Shown piece after piece: positions 9,538-18,339 of a stretch of 64,000 nt of DNA; position 1 is the stretch's first letter, and the number at the start of each line of letters is the position of its first letter. Made by a program: the position numbers and the translations under genes. Source of the stretch: an uncultured Gemmatimonadales bacterium (GTDB lineage: Bacteria > Gemmatimonadota > Gemmatimonadetes > Longimicrobiales > RSA9); contig CAWAMW010000016.1 in assembly GCA_963783305.1 (NCBI GenBank), forward strand, positions 672,001-736,000, in the 5' to 3' direction. The notes beneath the pieces are model-generated. The model saw only the letters and a program-made list of their open reading frames with translations, did not search any database and was not told where the DNA came from.

Positions 9538-10827
9538 ATGCCCAAATACATCGTTGAAGGGGGCGTTTCCCTCAACGGGAGCATCCGCCCCGCCGGCAAC
9601 AAGAACGCGGCTCTCCCCATCATCTGCGCAACGCTTCTGAGCGATGAGCCGGTGGTGCTGGAGAACGTGCCCGACATCCGGGACGTTCGGACTCTGCTGG
9701 AGCTCATGCAGCAGATTGGCTGCGATGTGGAGTGGACCGGCTACCACACGGTCCGGATCCATGCGAAGGAGATCCGGGTCTCCGAAGTGGACCGGCACAT
9801 GGCCGCGCGTATCCGCGCCTCGATCCTGCTGGCGGGGCCCATGCTCGCGCGGGCCGGGAGCATGCTTCTGCCGCCCCCGGGCGGGGACGTCATCGGGCGC
9901 CGTCGCGTCGACACCCATTTCCTCGCGCTGAGGAAGATGGGCGCGCGCGTCGAGACGAAGGGTGGCTATCACCTGGAAGCCGATGGACTGGTGGGCGCCG
10001 ACATCTTCCTCGACGAGCCGAGCGTGACGGCCACGGAGAACACCGTGATGGCGGCCGCACTGGCGAAAGGCACCACGCGGATTCGCAACGCCGCCGCCGA
10101 GCCGCACGTCCAGGACCTCTGCAACATGATCAACGTGCTGGGCGGAAATATCAGTGGGATCGGTACCCACGTACTGGAGATCGAGGGCGTGGAGCGGTTG
10201 AAGGGTGGCACGTTCAGCATCGGCAGCGACCACATCGAGGTGGGCTCCTTCATCGGTCTCGCCGCCGTGACGCGTGGGGAGATCACCATCGAGGACGCCG
10301 CTGTGGATCACCTCGACTCCACCCTCCTCGCCTTCGAACGGCTTGGCGTGGAGTGCGAAATCCAGGGGGAGAATCTGTTCGTTTCGGGGAACCAGAGCCT
10401 GGAGATCCAAATGGATCTGGGCGGCCACATCCCCAAGATCGACGACGGCCCGTGGCCCGCGTTCCCGGCGGACCTCACCTCGATCGCGCTCGTAACCGCC
10501 ACACAATGCAACGGGACGATCCTCGTCCACGAGAAGATGTTCGAGTCTCGTATGTTCTTCGCCGACAAGATCATCGGTATGGGCGCCCGCATCGTTCTCT
10601 GTGACCCGCACCGGGCGGTCGTGGTGGGGCCATCCCGGCTCTATGCCGGTGTGATGGACAGCCCGGACATCCGCGCCGGAATGGCGCTGCTCATCGCCGC
10701 CCTGGGCGCGGAGGGTGAAAGCCATATCTTCAACATCCAGCAGATCGAGCGCGGATACGAACGGATCGACGAGCGACTGCGGGCGTTGGGTGCGCGCATC
10801 TCCCGCGAGGACTCGCGGGACGGTTGA
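9538..10827 (+). CDS. murA: UDP-N-acetylglucosamine 1-carboxyvinyltransferase
   Basis: [39 protein letters not shown]. Confidence 0.96.
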   Translation: MPKYIVEGGVSLNGSIRPAGNKNAALPIICATLLSDEPVVLENVPDIRDVRTLLELMQQIGCDVEWTGYHTVRIHAKEIRVSEVDRHMAARIRASILLAGPMLARAGSMLLPPPGGDVIGRRRVDTHFLALRKMGARVETKGGYHLEADGLVGADIFLDEPSVTATENTVMAAALAKGTTRIRNAAAEPHVQDLCNMINVLGGNISGIGTHVLEIEGVERLKGGTFSIGSDHIEVGSFIGLAAVTRGEITIEDAAVDHLDSTLLAFERLGVECEIQGENLFVSGNQSLEIQMDLGGHIPKIDDGPWPAFPADLTSIALVTATQCNGTILVHEKMFESRMFFADKIIGMGARIVLCDPHRAVVVGPSRLYAGVMDSPDIRAGMALLIAALGAEGESHIFNIQQIERGYERIDERLRALGARISREDSRDG

Positions 10828-10880
10828 GGGACCTCGCGTGCGGCTCGCGGGGGCAGGTCACTGAACATCGGGAGGACGGA

Positions 10881-11288
10881 ATGGCGGAGCAGAAGAGGCG
10901 GGACGTAGGGGACGAGGTGCGGGAAGGGATCCGTGCGGGGATCGGGATCCTGAGCGCGCTCAAGGATGCCATCGAGGAGACGGTGGACGACATGATGGAT
11001 CGGGGCGAGCTGTCCCAGGACCGCGCCCGGGAGGCCGTTCGTACGACCATGGAGCGGGCGCAGTCGGCGTTCGATGAGGCCCGCGACCGCTTCGAGTTCG
11101 TGCCGCGCCGCGAGTTCGTGGAGCTGTCGGAAGATGTGAAGGAGCTGCGTCGGCGGGTGATCCGCCTCGAGGGCGAAGCCCATCAGCACGGCGCCGGTGG
11201 CCCCGGTGCGGGTGGAGCGGGCGGCCCGGGCGGCTCGACCGGACCTTCCCGCGGGGCGGGTCCCGACATCCCAGTATCGGAGGGTTGA
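10881..11288 (+). CDS. Phasin-like coiled-coil protein
   Basis: IEETVDDMMDRGELSQDRAR pattern; SD GGAGG before ATG 10881. Confidence 0.6.
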   Translation: MAEQKRRDVGDEVREGIRAGIGILSALKDAIEETVDDMMDRGELSQDRAREAVRTTMERAQSAFDEARDRFEFVPRREFVELSEDVKELRRRVIRLEGEAHQHGAGGPGAGGAGGPGGSTGPSRGAGPDIPVSEG

Positions 11289-12043
11289 GCGCGCCGGCGC
11301 TCCCCTGCGGCGTCCGGCGGGTCAGGGAGCGGCGGGTGCCGGGGGACGTGCCGCTCCATTCACTCGCCGAGTGGACGGAGCGGTTTCCATGGCTGGTGCA
11401 CGGGACCACCGGTCAGGGCAACGACGGGGCGTTCGATCTCGGCCTCTTCAGTGAGGTCCCCGTGGGGGAGAGCATGGGCCGATGGCGCCGGCTTCAGGAG
11501 GCCGTGGGGCTGCCCCGGGCCGTCCACGCACTCCAGGTGCACGAGCGGAGCGTTCGGGAGCACGAGGAAACGGCCCCCGGACTCCACGTCCTGTACGATT
11601 TCGATGGGCACGTCACCGACCGCCCGGGGATCCTCCTCACGGTGAGTGTGGCGGACTGCGTCCCCATCTCGCTGGTCGACCCGGTCCGGCGCAAGGTGGC
11701 GCTCCTGCACGGCGGGTGGCGCGGCACCGCGGCGGGCATCGTGGCGGCGGGACTGGAGCGGCTCGGCGGATCGCAGGTCGATCTCTACGCGCACCTGGGC
11801 CCGGCCATCTGCGGCGACTGCTACGAGGTGGGTCCCGAAGTGCACGAGGCTCTCGGGCTGCAAGTGCCCGAGGTGAACACCCCGGTGGACGTGCGCGCGG
11901 TGCAGGCGCGGCAGCTCGAGCGGGCGGGGCTGGATCCCGACCGGATCACGGTTTCGGAGCACTGCACCCGGTGCGGCTCCGGGTTCTTCTCACACCGCGG
12001 CGGGTCCCCCGGACGACAGGTGGGTGTGCTGGGACTCCGGTGA
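11285..12043 (+). CDS. pgeF: Peptidoglycan editing factor PgeF / YfiH (laccase-like) family
   Basis: QVH, VADCVPI, HGGWRG, GPAICGDCYEVG and FFSHR motifs. Confidence 0.88.
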   Translation: MSAPALPCGVRRVRERRVPGDVPLHSLAEWTERFPWLVHGTTGQGNDGAFDLGLFSEVPVGESMGRWRRLQEAVGLPRAVHALQVHERSVREHEETAPGLHVLYDFDGHVTDRPGILLTVSVADCVPISLVDPVRRKVALLHGGWRGTAAGIVAAGLERLGGSQVDLYAHLGPAICGDCYEVGPEVHEALGLQVPEVNTPVDVRAVQARQLERAGLDPDRITVSEHCTRCGSGFFSHRGGSPGRQVGVLGLR

Positions 12044-12246
12044 GCGGGCTCGGTCCGGGGCTCTGCGGGCGCTGCGTGCACGCGCGAATCGTGGGCAGCC
12101 GGCGCGGCTCGCGCTTCTGGCTCTGCGGCCTGGCGAGGGTGGACTCGAGGTTCCCCCGGTACCCGCTGCTGCCGGTGCTGCGGTGCGCCGGGCATGAATC
12201 AGGCACACCGAGGAACGATCACACACGGACGGAGGAAGAAGCATGA
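12040..12246 (+). CDS. Small Cys-rich hypothetical protein (68 aa), C-x2-C-x16-C-x19-C
   Basis: MSGLGPGLCGRCVHARIVGSRRGSRFWLCGLARVDSRFPRYPLLPVLRCAG...; GTGA overlap with pgeF and ATGA overlap with the next gene. Confidence 0.7.
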   Translation: MSGLGPGLCGRCVHARIVGSRRGSRFWLCGLARVDSRFPRYPLLPVLRCAGHESGTPRNDHTRTEEEA

Positions 12247-12740
12247 GCGACGCGTTCTACACGGTGGAGGCTGAGGTCGAGAAGGTGGCAGGGGTCCATC
12301 GGCGGGTGCGGCTGCCCTCGGGCGATGCGTTCGATGTGGGTGTCCATGGCGCGATCAAGGAGCACTACAGGCTCCATGATGAGCCGGACCGACCGCTTCC
12401 CGTCGACTACGTGGTGGGTGCGGCGGGCGCCTGACTGCTCGGCACACTCAATGGCGCGCTGGAGGCGCGCGAGATCAGATTGGGCCCGGACGCGATCCGG
12501 GCCGCGGTCCGGGGGCGGAACGAGGTGAGGGACCGAATCCCGGTGCTCGTGGGTATCCATGTGCTGTACCGCCTCGAAGTACCGGCGGGCAGCCGTGAAG
12601 TCGTGGAGCGTGCGCTGGAGCGGCATGCGTCGCGCTGTCCCACGGCCGCGAGCCTGAAGGGCGCGGTCGCGGTGACGTGGGAGGCGGAGGTGGCTGAGGG
12701 GGGGGTCCGTTGGCGCGCGGAAGGGAGTCGCGACGGCTGA
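12243..12740 (+). CDS. OsmC-like probable selenoprotein (165 aa, Sec64 from UGA 12432-12434)
   Basis: ORFs 12243..12434 and 12480..12740 are in the same frame and read PVDYVVGAAGA-U-LLGTLNGALEARE...HASRCPTAASL; SECIS-like hairpin follows the UGA. Confidence 0.82.
12431..12478 (+). promoter_or_regulatory. Candidate bacterial SECIS hairpin
   Basis: GCGCGC(12454-59)-UGGAG-GCGCGC(12465-70) apical stem-loop; CUC/GAG and CUGA/UCAG lower pairings enclose the UGA. Confidence 0.65.
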
Positions 12741-12761
12741 GGGGCGGGCCCCCGCGCGGCC

Positions 12762-12790
12762 TTGCATCAGGGCCTGAGTGGTTTTATGAT
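12762..12790 (+). promoter_or_regulatory. sigma70-like promoter of the rimP-nusA-infB operon
   Basis: TTGCAT-17-TATGAT. Confidence 0.7.
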
Positions 12791-12823
12791 CCGTAGGTGC
12801 GCGGCCCCAGGAGGCCGCTATGG

Positions 12824-12850
12824 AGTGGGGGCGTAGTCCCCCACTTTTTT
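12824..12850 (+). promoter_or_regulatory. rimP leader terminator-like hairpin
   Basis: AGTGGGGG-CGTAGT-CCCCCACT followed by a T run, just upstream of rimP. Confidence 0.7.
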
Positions 12851-12861
12851 ATTGAAGCGCT

Positions 12862-13350
12862 ATGGCTGATCAGTCGCTGACACAGGTGGTGGAAGAGCGG
12901 GTGGAGGCGCTGGGATTCGAGCTCGTGGAGCTCGAGCGTTCCGGCGCCAAGTCCCGTCCCGTTTTCCGGGTGCGGGTGGACCGTCCGGACTCGGTACCGG
13001 GTGAGGGTGTGGGTCTGGACGACTGCGCCCGGATCAGCCGATCGCTGGAAGAGTACCTGGATGCGGAGGAGTCGATCCCGGGCAACTATGTGATCGAGGT
13101 CTCCTCAGCCGGTGTGGAGCGGCCGCTGACGAAGCGGCGGGACTTCGAGCGGTTCAGGGGACACGAAGTAGCGGTGAAGGGATATGCCCCTCTGGCGGGG
13201 CGCGGTCGGCGGCTCCAGGGGGAGCTGCTCGGCATCGAGGGCGGGCCGGAAGACGAGACGGTCCGACTGAGGCTGGAGGACGGCGAGGAAGTCGATGTCG
13301 CCCGCTCGGATATAGCGCGGGCGACCCTCGTATTTCGTTGGAACGAGTAA
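12862..13350 (+). CDS. rimP: Ribosome maturation factor RimP
   Basis: LDDCARISR, YVIEVSSAGVERPL; position upstream of nusA. Confidence 0.95.
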   Translation: MADQSLTQVVEERVEALGFELVELERSGAKSRPVFRVRVDRPDSVPGEGVGLDDCARISRSLEEYLDAEESIPGNYVIEVSSAGVERPLTKRRDFERFRGHEVAVKGYAPLAGRGRRLQGELLGIEGGPEDETVRLRLEDGEEVDVARSDIARATLVFRWNE

Positions 13351-13359
13351 GGGAGACCT

Positions 13360-14844
13360 ATGGCGAACGAAGGGATGCAGGTACTGGCGGCGTTCCGGGA
13401 GATGACGAACAACAAGAATCTCTCCGGACCGGAGCTGCACGACCTCATCCGTGCCGGCATCATGGCGGCTCTGGCGAAGCGGTTCGGGCTGAACGTCGAA
13501 GCGGAAATCACGATCGATGAAGAGGGCGGCGGGATCGGGATCGTCGTGCTGAAGGAGGTCGTGGAGGAGGTGGAGGATGCCTCCCGCGAGATCTCCCTCG
13601 AAGAGGCGCGGTGGGACGACCCGGACTTCGAGCCTGGTGATGTGCTGGAGATCCCGGTGCAGTTCCACGAGTTCGGCCGCAACGCCGTAATGGCGGCGAA
13701 ACAGCGGATCATCCAGGGTGTTCGCGAGGGCGAGCGCCAGAAGATCCGTGACGAGTTCGAGGGCCGCGAGGGCGAGCTGCTGAGCGGCGAGGTGCAGCAG
13801 GTGGAGCGGGGCAAGCTCGTGGTCCTGCTGAACGAAGCCCGCGAGGCCGACGCCATCATCCCGTGGAAGGAGCAGAACCCGCGGGAGCGATTCCGTCAGG
13901 GCGAGCCGATCCGCGCGGTGCTGAAGAAGGTGGACGAGACGTCGAAGGGGCCGCGTATCATCCTGTCCCGGGCCGCGCCCGAGTTCGTCGCATCGCTCTT
14001 CGCGCTGGAGGTCCCGGAGATCTATCAGGGGATCGTGGAGGTGAAGGCGATCGCCCGGGAGGTGGCGGGGCGGACCAAGGTGGCGGTCTCATCGCGGGAC
14101 GAGTCGATCGATCCGGTGGGCGCGTGCGTGGGTCTCAAGGGCTCCCGCGTCCAGGCGGTGGTGGGGGAGCTGGGCGGCGAGCGGATCGACATCGTCCCCT
14201 GGCACCCGGACCCGGAGATCTTTGCCCGCCGTGCGCTCGCACCGGCGCGCGTGGCCAAGGTCATGAGCGACGCGGAGCGCGGCGTCATTACCGCCATTGT
14301 AGACGAGGACCAGCTCTCGCTGGCCATCGGCCGCAATGGGCAGAACGTCCGGCTCGCCAGTCAGCTCATCGGTTGGCAGCTCGACCTCTATGGCAGCCGC
14401 GAGTGGCTGGAGCGCGGAGCGGACGCGGCCCTCTTCGGGGGGGGCGCCGGCGGCGAGGATTACGAAGTCGCCGACTTCCCGCTCTCCGAGCTGGAGCTGC
14501 CGGAGGAGACCGTGGCGGCCCTCAAGGGCGCTGGATATACTACGTTTTTCGACATCATCGACCTCGATAGGGAAGATTTCCTCTCCATCGAGGGCGTTGA
14601 GGAGGAGGCCGCCGACCGTCTGGTGGCGGTGATCGACGAGTTGACCGTCGAGGAGACGGTCGAGGAGCCGGACGCCGGGCAGGAGGCGCGCGATGCCGAA
14701 ATGGCCGACGCCAAGAAGGTGGCGGCCGAGGTGCTCGGCATCGAGATGGATGAGGAAGAGGATGAGGAGCCCGTGACCGCATCGGTGGAAGGTGAGCCGG
14801 ACGAGGATCAAGGGGCGCAGGACGAGGAGGAGGAAGACGTCTGA
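13360..14844 (+). CDS. nusA: Transcription termination/antitermination protein NusA
   Basis: FGRNAVMAAKQ, DPVGACVGLKGSRV, LSLAIGRNGQNVRLAS. Confidence 0.97.
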   Translation: MANEGMQVLAAFREMTNNKNLSGPELHDLIRAGIMAALAKRFGLNVEAEITIDEEGGGIGIVVLKEVVEEVEDASREISLEEARWDDPDFEPGDVLEIPVQFHEFGRNAVMAAKQRIIQGVREGERQKIRDEFEGREGELLSGEVQQVERGKLVVLLNEAREADAIIPWKEQNPRERFRQGEPIRAVLKKVDETSKGPRIILSRAAPEFVASLFALEVPEIYQGIVEVKAIAREVAGRTKVAVSSRDESIDPVGACVGLKGSRVQAVVGELGGERIDIVPWHPDPEIFARRALAPARVAKVMSDAERGVITAIVDEDQLSLAIGRNGQNVRLASQLIGWQLDLYGSREWLERGADAALFGGGAGGEDYEVADFPLSELELPEETVAALKGAGYTTFFDIIDLDREDFLSIEGVEEEAADRLVAVIDELTVEETVEEPDAGQEARDAEMADAKKVAAEVLGIEMDEEEDEEPVTASVEGEPDEDQGAQDEEEEDV

Positions 14845-15142
14845 CCCGGCGCTGCAGCTGCTGGGGCTGGCCGAAAGGGCCGGCGCGGTAGTTACGGGGA
14901 CGCAACTCGTTCGGGAGAAGGTGCGCTCGGGCGGGGTTCGGTTCGCGCTGGTGGCAGCGGACCTGACGGAGACGGGGCGGGACAAGCTGGTGCCGCTCCT
15001 GGAGAGTCGGAACGTGAAGTACGTGATCCGGTACGACCGTGTCGAGCTGGGTCGTGCGGTGGGCAGGAGCCCATTGGCGGCAGTGGGGGTGGTCGATCGT
15101 GGATTCGCGGATCGGCTGAACACGTTGCTCGATGGCGAGTGA
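14837..15142 (+). CDS. L7Ae/YlxQ family RNA-binding protein (start uncertain)
   Basis: LQLLGLAERAGAVVTG...ELGRAVG L7Ae pattern; lies between nusA and infB. Confidence 0.8.
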   Translation, partial: TSDPALQLLGLAERAGAVVTGTQLVREKVRSGGVRFALVAADLTETGRDKLVPLLESRNVKYVIRYDRVELGRAVGRSPLAAVGVVDRGFADRLNTLLDGE

Positions 15143-15175
15143 CGTGAGGGTTTTTGAGGAGGTTGCGGGAAAAGC

Positions 15176-17995
15176 ATGCGCGTATACGAGGTAGCTAAAG
15201 AATTCGATGTGGAACCGGAGAACCTGATCCAGCTTCTCCGGGAGATGGGCGTTTCGGCGCGGTCCGAGGCGTCCACGGTGACGAACGCCGACGTGGCCAA
15301 GCTGCGGGCGCTGTTCGAGCGTCAGCGGCGTGCCGGAGCGACGGGCTCGGGCGAGATTCTGGAGGCCGCCATCGAAGACGCGCAGACCTCGACCACGCGT
15401 CGTCGTCGTCGGAGGAGGCCTGAGCCGAAGGTCGAGGAGCCCGCGGCGGAGGAAGAGGCCGGGGAGGAAGAGGCCGGGGAGGAAGAGGTCGAGGAGGAAG
15501 AGGCCGAGGAGGCCGCGGTTGAGGCCCCGGTCGCCGCCGAGGCGGAGGAGGCTGAAGAGGCCGAAGAGGCGGAAGAGGCCGAGGCGGAGGAAGAAGACGT
15601 CGCCGAGGAAGAGCCGGAGGCGCCGGTGGCGGAGGAGCCGGACGAGGTAGAGCCGGAAGAGGAGGAGCCGGAGGCCGAAGCCGAGGAGGTCGTCGCGGAG
15701 TCGGAGACGGAGACGGAGGAAGAGGCCGAGAAGGAGCCGGTCGTCGCGGAGGCGGAGGAGGCCGAAGCGGAGGAAGAAGAGGCCGAGGCCGAAGAGGAGG
15801 ACGAGGCGGAGGACGCAGAGGCGGACGCGGCCGCTGTGAAGGCGAAGGCCGACGCGAACGCGAAGGTAAAGGCCGCCGCGGAGGCGGAAGCCCGGGAGAC
15901 GGAAAAGAAGAAGCGTCGTCCCAAGCGTGTGTCGGAGGGGCTTGCCCCGGCGGCGAGCGCCGGCCCGGGCGGCCGAGTCCGGATCCAGGCGGAGGGTTAC
16001 ACGGCCGACGGTCAGCGGAAGCGGGACAAGAAGAAGAAGCGTCGGAAGCGGGTGGACCAGGACGCGGTGCAGGAGAACGTGCAGCGCGTGATGGCGGAGC
16101 TGAAGGGCGGAAGCAGCGGCGGCGGTAGCCGGAAGCGGAGGTCGCGGCGCCAGGACGCGGAGTCCCGTCAGCAGCAGCAGGAGGAGGTGCAGCGGCGCGA
16201 GGCGGAGGAAGCGCAGACGGTCCGCGTGAACGAGTTCCTGACGGTGGCGGAGCTGGCGGAGCTCATCGACGAGGATGCCAGCCAGATCATCGCGAGCGCG
16301 TTCAAGAACCTCGGCCTGATGGTGACGATCAATCAGCGGCTGGACTTCGACCAGATCGAGCTGCTGCTGGACGAGTTCGGGTTCACGGCCGTGCGGGAGG
16401 AAGAGTACGGCGCGGAGACGGACGAGGAAGAGGAGATCGAGGACAAGCCGGAGGACCTGAAGCCGCGTCCGCCGGTGGTGACGGTGATGGGGCACGTGGA
16501 CCACGGCAAGACGTCGCTCCTGGACCACATCCGGAAGACCAATGTGATCGCCGGCGAGTCCGGCGGGATCACGCAGCACATTGGCGCTTATCACGTGACG
16601 CTGGATGATGGGCGCTCGCTTTCGTTCCTCGACACCCCGGGCCACGCGGCGTTCACCGCCATGCGTGCCCGGGGCGCGGACGTGACGGACGTGGTGATCC
16701 TGGTAGTGGCGGCCGATGACGCCGTCATGCCGCAGACGATCGAGGCTATCAGCCACGCCCGGAGCGCGGGCGTACCGTTGATCGTGGCGATCAACAAGAT
16801 GGACCTGCCGGGGGCGGACGCGAACCGGGTGAAGCAGGCGCTGCTCGAGCACCAGGTCGTGGTGGAGGACTTCGGTGGTGAGGTGCTGTCGCAGCCGGTG
16901 AGCGCGAAGACGGGTGAGGGGATCGACGAGCTGCTGGAGAAGGTGCTGCTCCAGGCGGAGCTGCTGGAGCTCAAGGCGAACCCGGACCGGGACGCGCACG
17001 GGATCGTGATCGAGGCGGAGCTGGACGTGGGGAAGGGCCCCGTCAGCACCGTGCTGATCACCGCCGGAACCCTCCGGGTGGGCGACGACGTGGTGTGCGG
17101 GCTGCACAGCGGCCGCGTGCGCGCCCTTCTGGATGAGCGGGGGAACCACGTGAAGGAGGTCGGGCCGGCCATGCCGGCGCAGATCCTCGGGATCAGCGGG
17201 GTGCCCCAGGCGGGCGATCGGCTGCTGGCCATGGAGCAGGAGCGGGCCGCTGAGGTGGCACAGACGCGCCAGCGACTGGAGCGGGAGAAGAAGCTCCGGA
17301 TCAAGAGCCGCGGCGTGAAGCTGACGGACATCAGCCAGCTGCTCGCGGCCGGTGAAACGGCGCAACTGAACGTCGTGATCAAGGGCGACGTGGACGGCTC
17401 GATCCAGGCGCTGAGCGACTCCATCGAGCAGCTCTCGACCGGTGAGGTCGAGGTGGACGTGATCCATCGCGGCGTGGGCGGCATCAACCGCTCTGACGTC
17501 CTGCTGGCGGCCACGACCGGCGCCATCATTATCGGCTTCCACGTGCGACCGGATGCCGATGCGCGGCAGATCGCCGAGCAGGAGGACGTGGATATTCGTC
17601 TTTACGAGGTCATCTACGAGGCGATCCAGGACGTGCGCGACGCGCTGGAGGGAATGCTGGCGCCGGAGGAGCGCGAGAAGCACCTGGGTGCGGCCGAGGT
17701 CCGGCAGCTGTTCAAGGCGCCGAAGGTGGGCACCATCGCTGGCTGCTACGTGACCGAGGGCGTGATTACGCGCGGAGAGCCCGTGCGTCTGGTGCGCGAT
17801 GGCGTGCAGATCTATCGGGGCGAGCTGGCGAGCCTGAAGCGGTTCAGGGACGACGTCCGCGAGGTTCGCGAGGGCTTCGAGTGCGGCATGAGCATCGCCG
17901 GGTACAACGACATCAAGGCCGGGGACGTCATCGAGAGCTATACCATCGAGGAGATTGCCCGGACGCTCGCCAGCTCCGCAGCGGAGCAGGGCTGA
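15176..17995 (+). CDS. infB: Translation initiation factor IF-2
   Basis: MRVYEVAKE; RPPVVTVMGHVDHGKTSLLD; DTPGHAAF; NKMD. Confidence 0.98.
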   Translation: MRVYEVAKEFDVEPENLIQLLREMGVSARSEASTVTNADVAKLRALFERQRRAGATGSGEILEAAIEDAQTSTTRRRRRRRPEPKVEEPAAEEEAGEEEAGEEEVEEEEAEEAAVEAPVAAEAEEAEEAEEAEEAEAEEEDVAEEEPEAPVAEEPDEVEPEEEEPEAEAEEVVAESETETEEEAEKEPVVAEAEEAEAEEEEAEAEEEDEAEDAEADAAAVKAKADANAKVKAAAEAEARETEKKKRRPKRVSEGLAPAASAGPGGRVRIQAEGYTADGQRKRDKKKKRRKRVDQDAVQENVQRVMAELKGGSSGGGSRKRRSRRQDAESRQQQQEEVQRREAEEAQTVRVNEFLTVAELAELIDEDASQIIASAFKNLGLMVTINQRLDFDQIELLLDEFGFTAVREEEYGAETDEEEEIEDKPEDLKPRPPVVTVMGHVDHGKTSLLDHIRKTNVIAGESGGITQHIGAYHVTLDDGRSLSFLDTPGHAAFTAMRARGADVTDVVILVVAADDAVMPQTIEAISHARSAGVPLIVAINKMDLPGADANRVKQALLEHQVVVEDFGGEVLSQPVSAKTGEGIDELLEKVLLQAELLELKANPDRDAHGIVIEAELDVGKGPVSTVLITAGTLRVGDDVVCGLHSGRVRALLDERGNHVKEVGPAMPAQILGISGVPQAGDRLLAMEQERAAEVAQTRQRLEREKKLRIKSRGVKLTDISQLLAAGETAQLNVVIKGDVDGSIQALSDSIEQLSTGEVEVDVIHRGVGGINRSDVLLAATTGAIIIGFHVRPDADARQIAEQEDVDIRLYEVIYEAIQDVRDALEGMLAPEEREKHLGAAEVRQLFKAPKVGTIAGCYVTEGVITRGEPVRLVRDGVQIYRGELASLKRFRDDVREVREGFECGMSIAGYNDIKAGDVIESYTIEEIARTLASSAAEQG

Positions 17996-18014
17996 GGCCG
18001 GGCGGGCCTGAGCA

Positions 18015-18296
18015 TTGGTTGTCGGGGTCACGGGCTGGGACATCCAGCTCTTCGGTCCCCAGTCGCTGAAGGAAAAGCGGCGGGTGGTGAAGGGGCTGAA
18101 GGAGCGGCTCCGGACCCGGTTCAACGTTTCTGTGGCGGAGACCGACCACCACGATCTGTGGCAGCGGGCGGAGATCACCGCATGTGTGGTGGCCACCGAC
18201 CGGCGTCGCGCCGAGTCCGTGCTGGACAAGGCGGATCGGCTCGTGGAGGCCGAGGGGTCGGGGCGCATCATCGACAGCTATCGAATCTTCTATTAG
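18015..18296 (+). CDS. DUF503 (YlxP) family protein
   Basis: SLKEKRRVVK...FNVSVAETDHHDLWQRA; between infB and rbfA. Confidence 0.9.
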   Translation: MVVGVTGWDIQLFGPQSLKEKRRVVKGLKERLRTRFNVSVAETDHHDLWQRAEITACVVATDRRRAESVLDKADRLVEAEGSGRIIDSYRIFY

Positions 18297-18339
18297 GCGG
18301 CGCCCGCTGTAGCGGACGCCGCCCACGCACATCAGGGAT

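Noticed and set aside
12480..12740. Independent 86-aa gene starting at TTG 12480
   Set aside because: It would hold only half of an OsmC fold; UGA read-through explains both pieces better.
15440..15800. Repeat array resembling CRISPR
   Set aside because: Degenerate Glu/Ala codon repeats inside infB, with no constant repeat-spacer structure.
14555..18271. 1238-aa minus-strand ORF, and similar long antisense ORFs opposite pnp, clpB and valS
   Set aside because: Shadow ORFs expected in high-GC coding DNA; no protein motifs, and they overlap unambiguous plus-strand genes.
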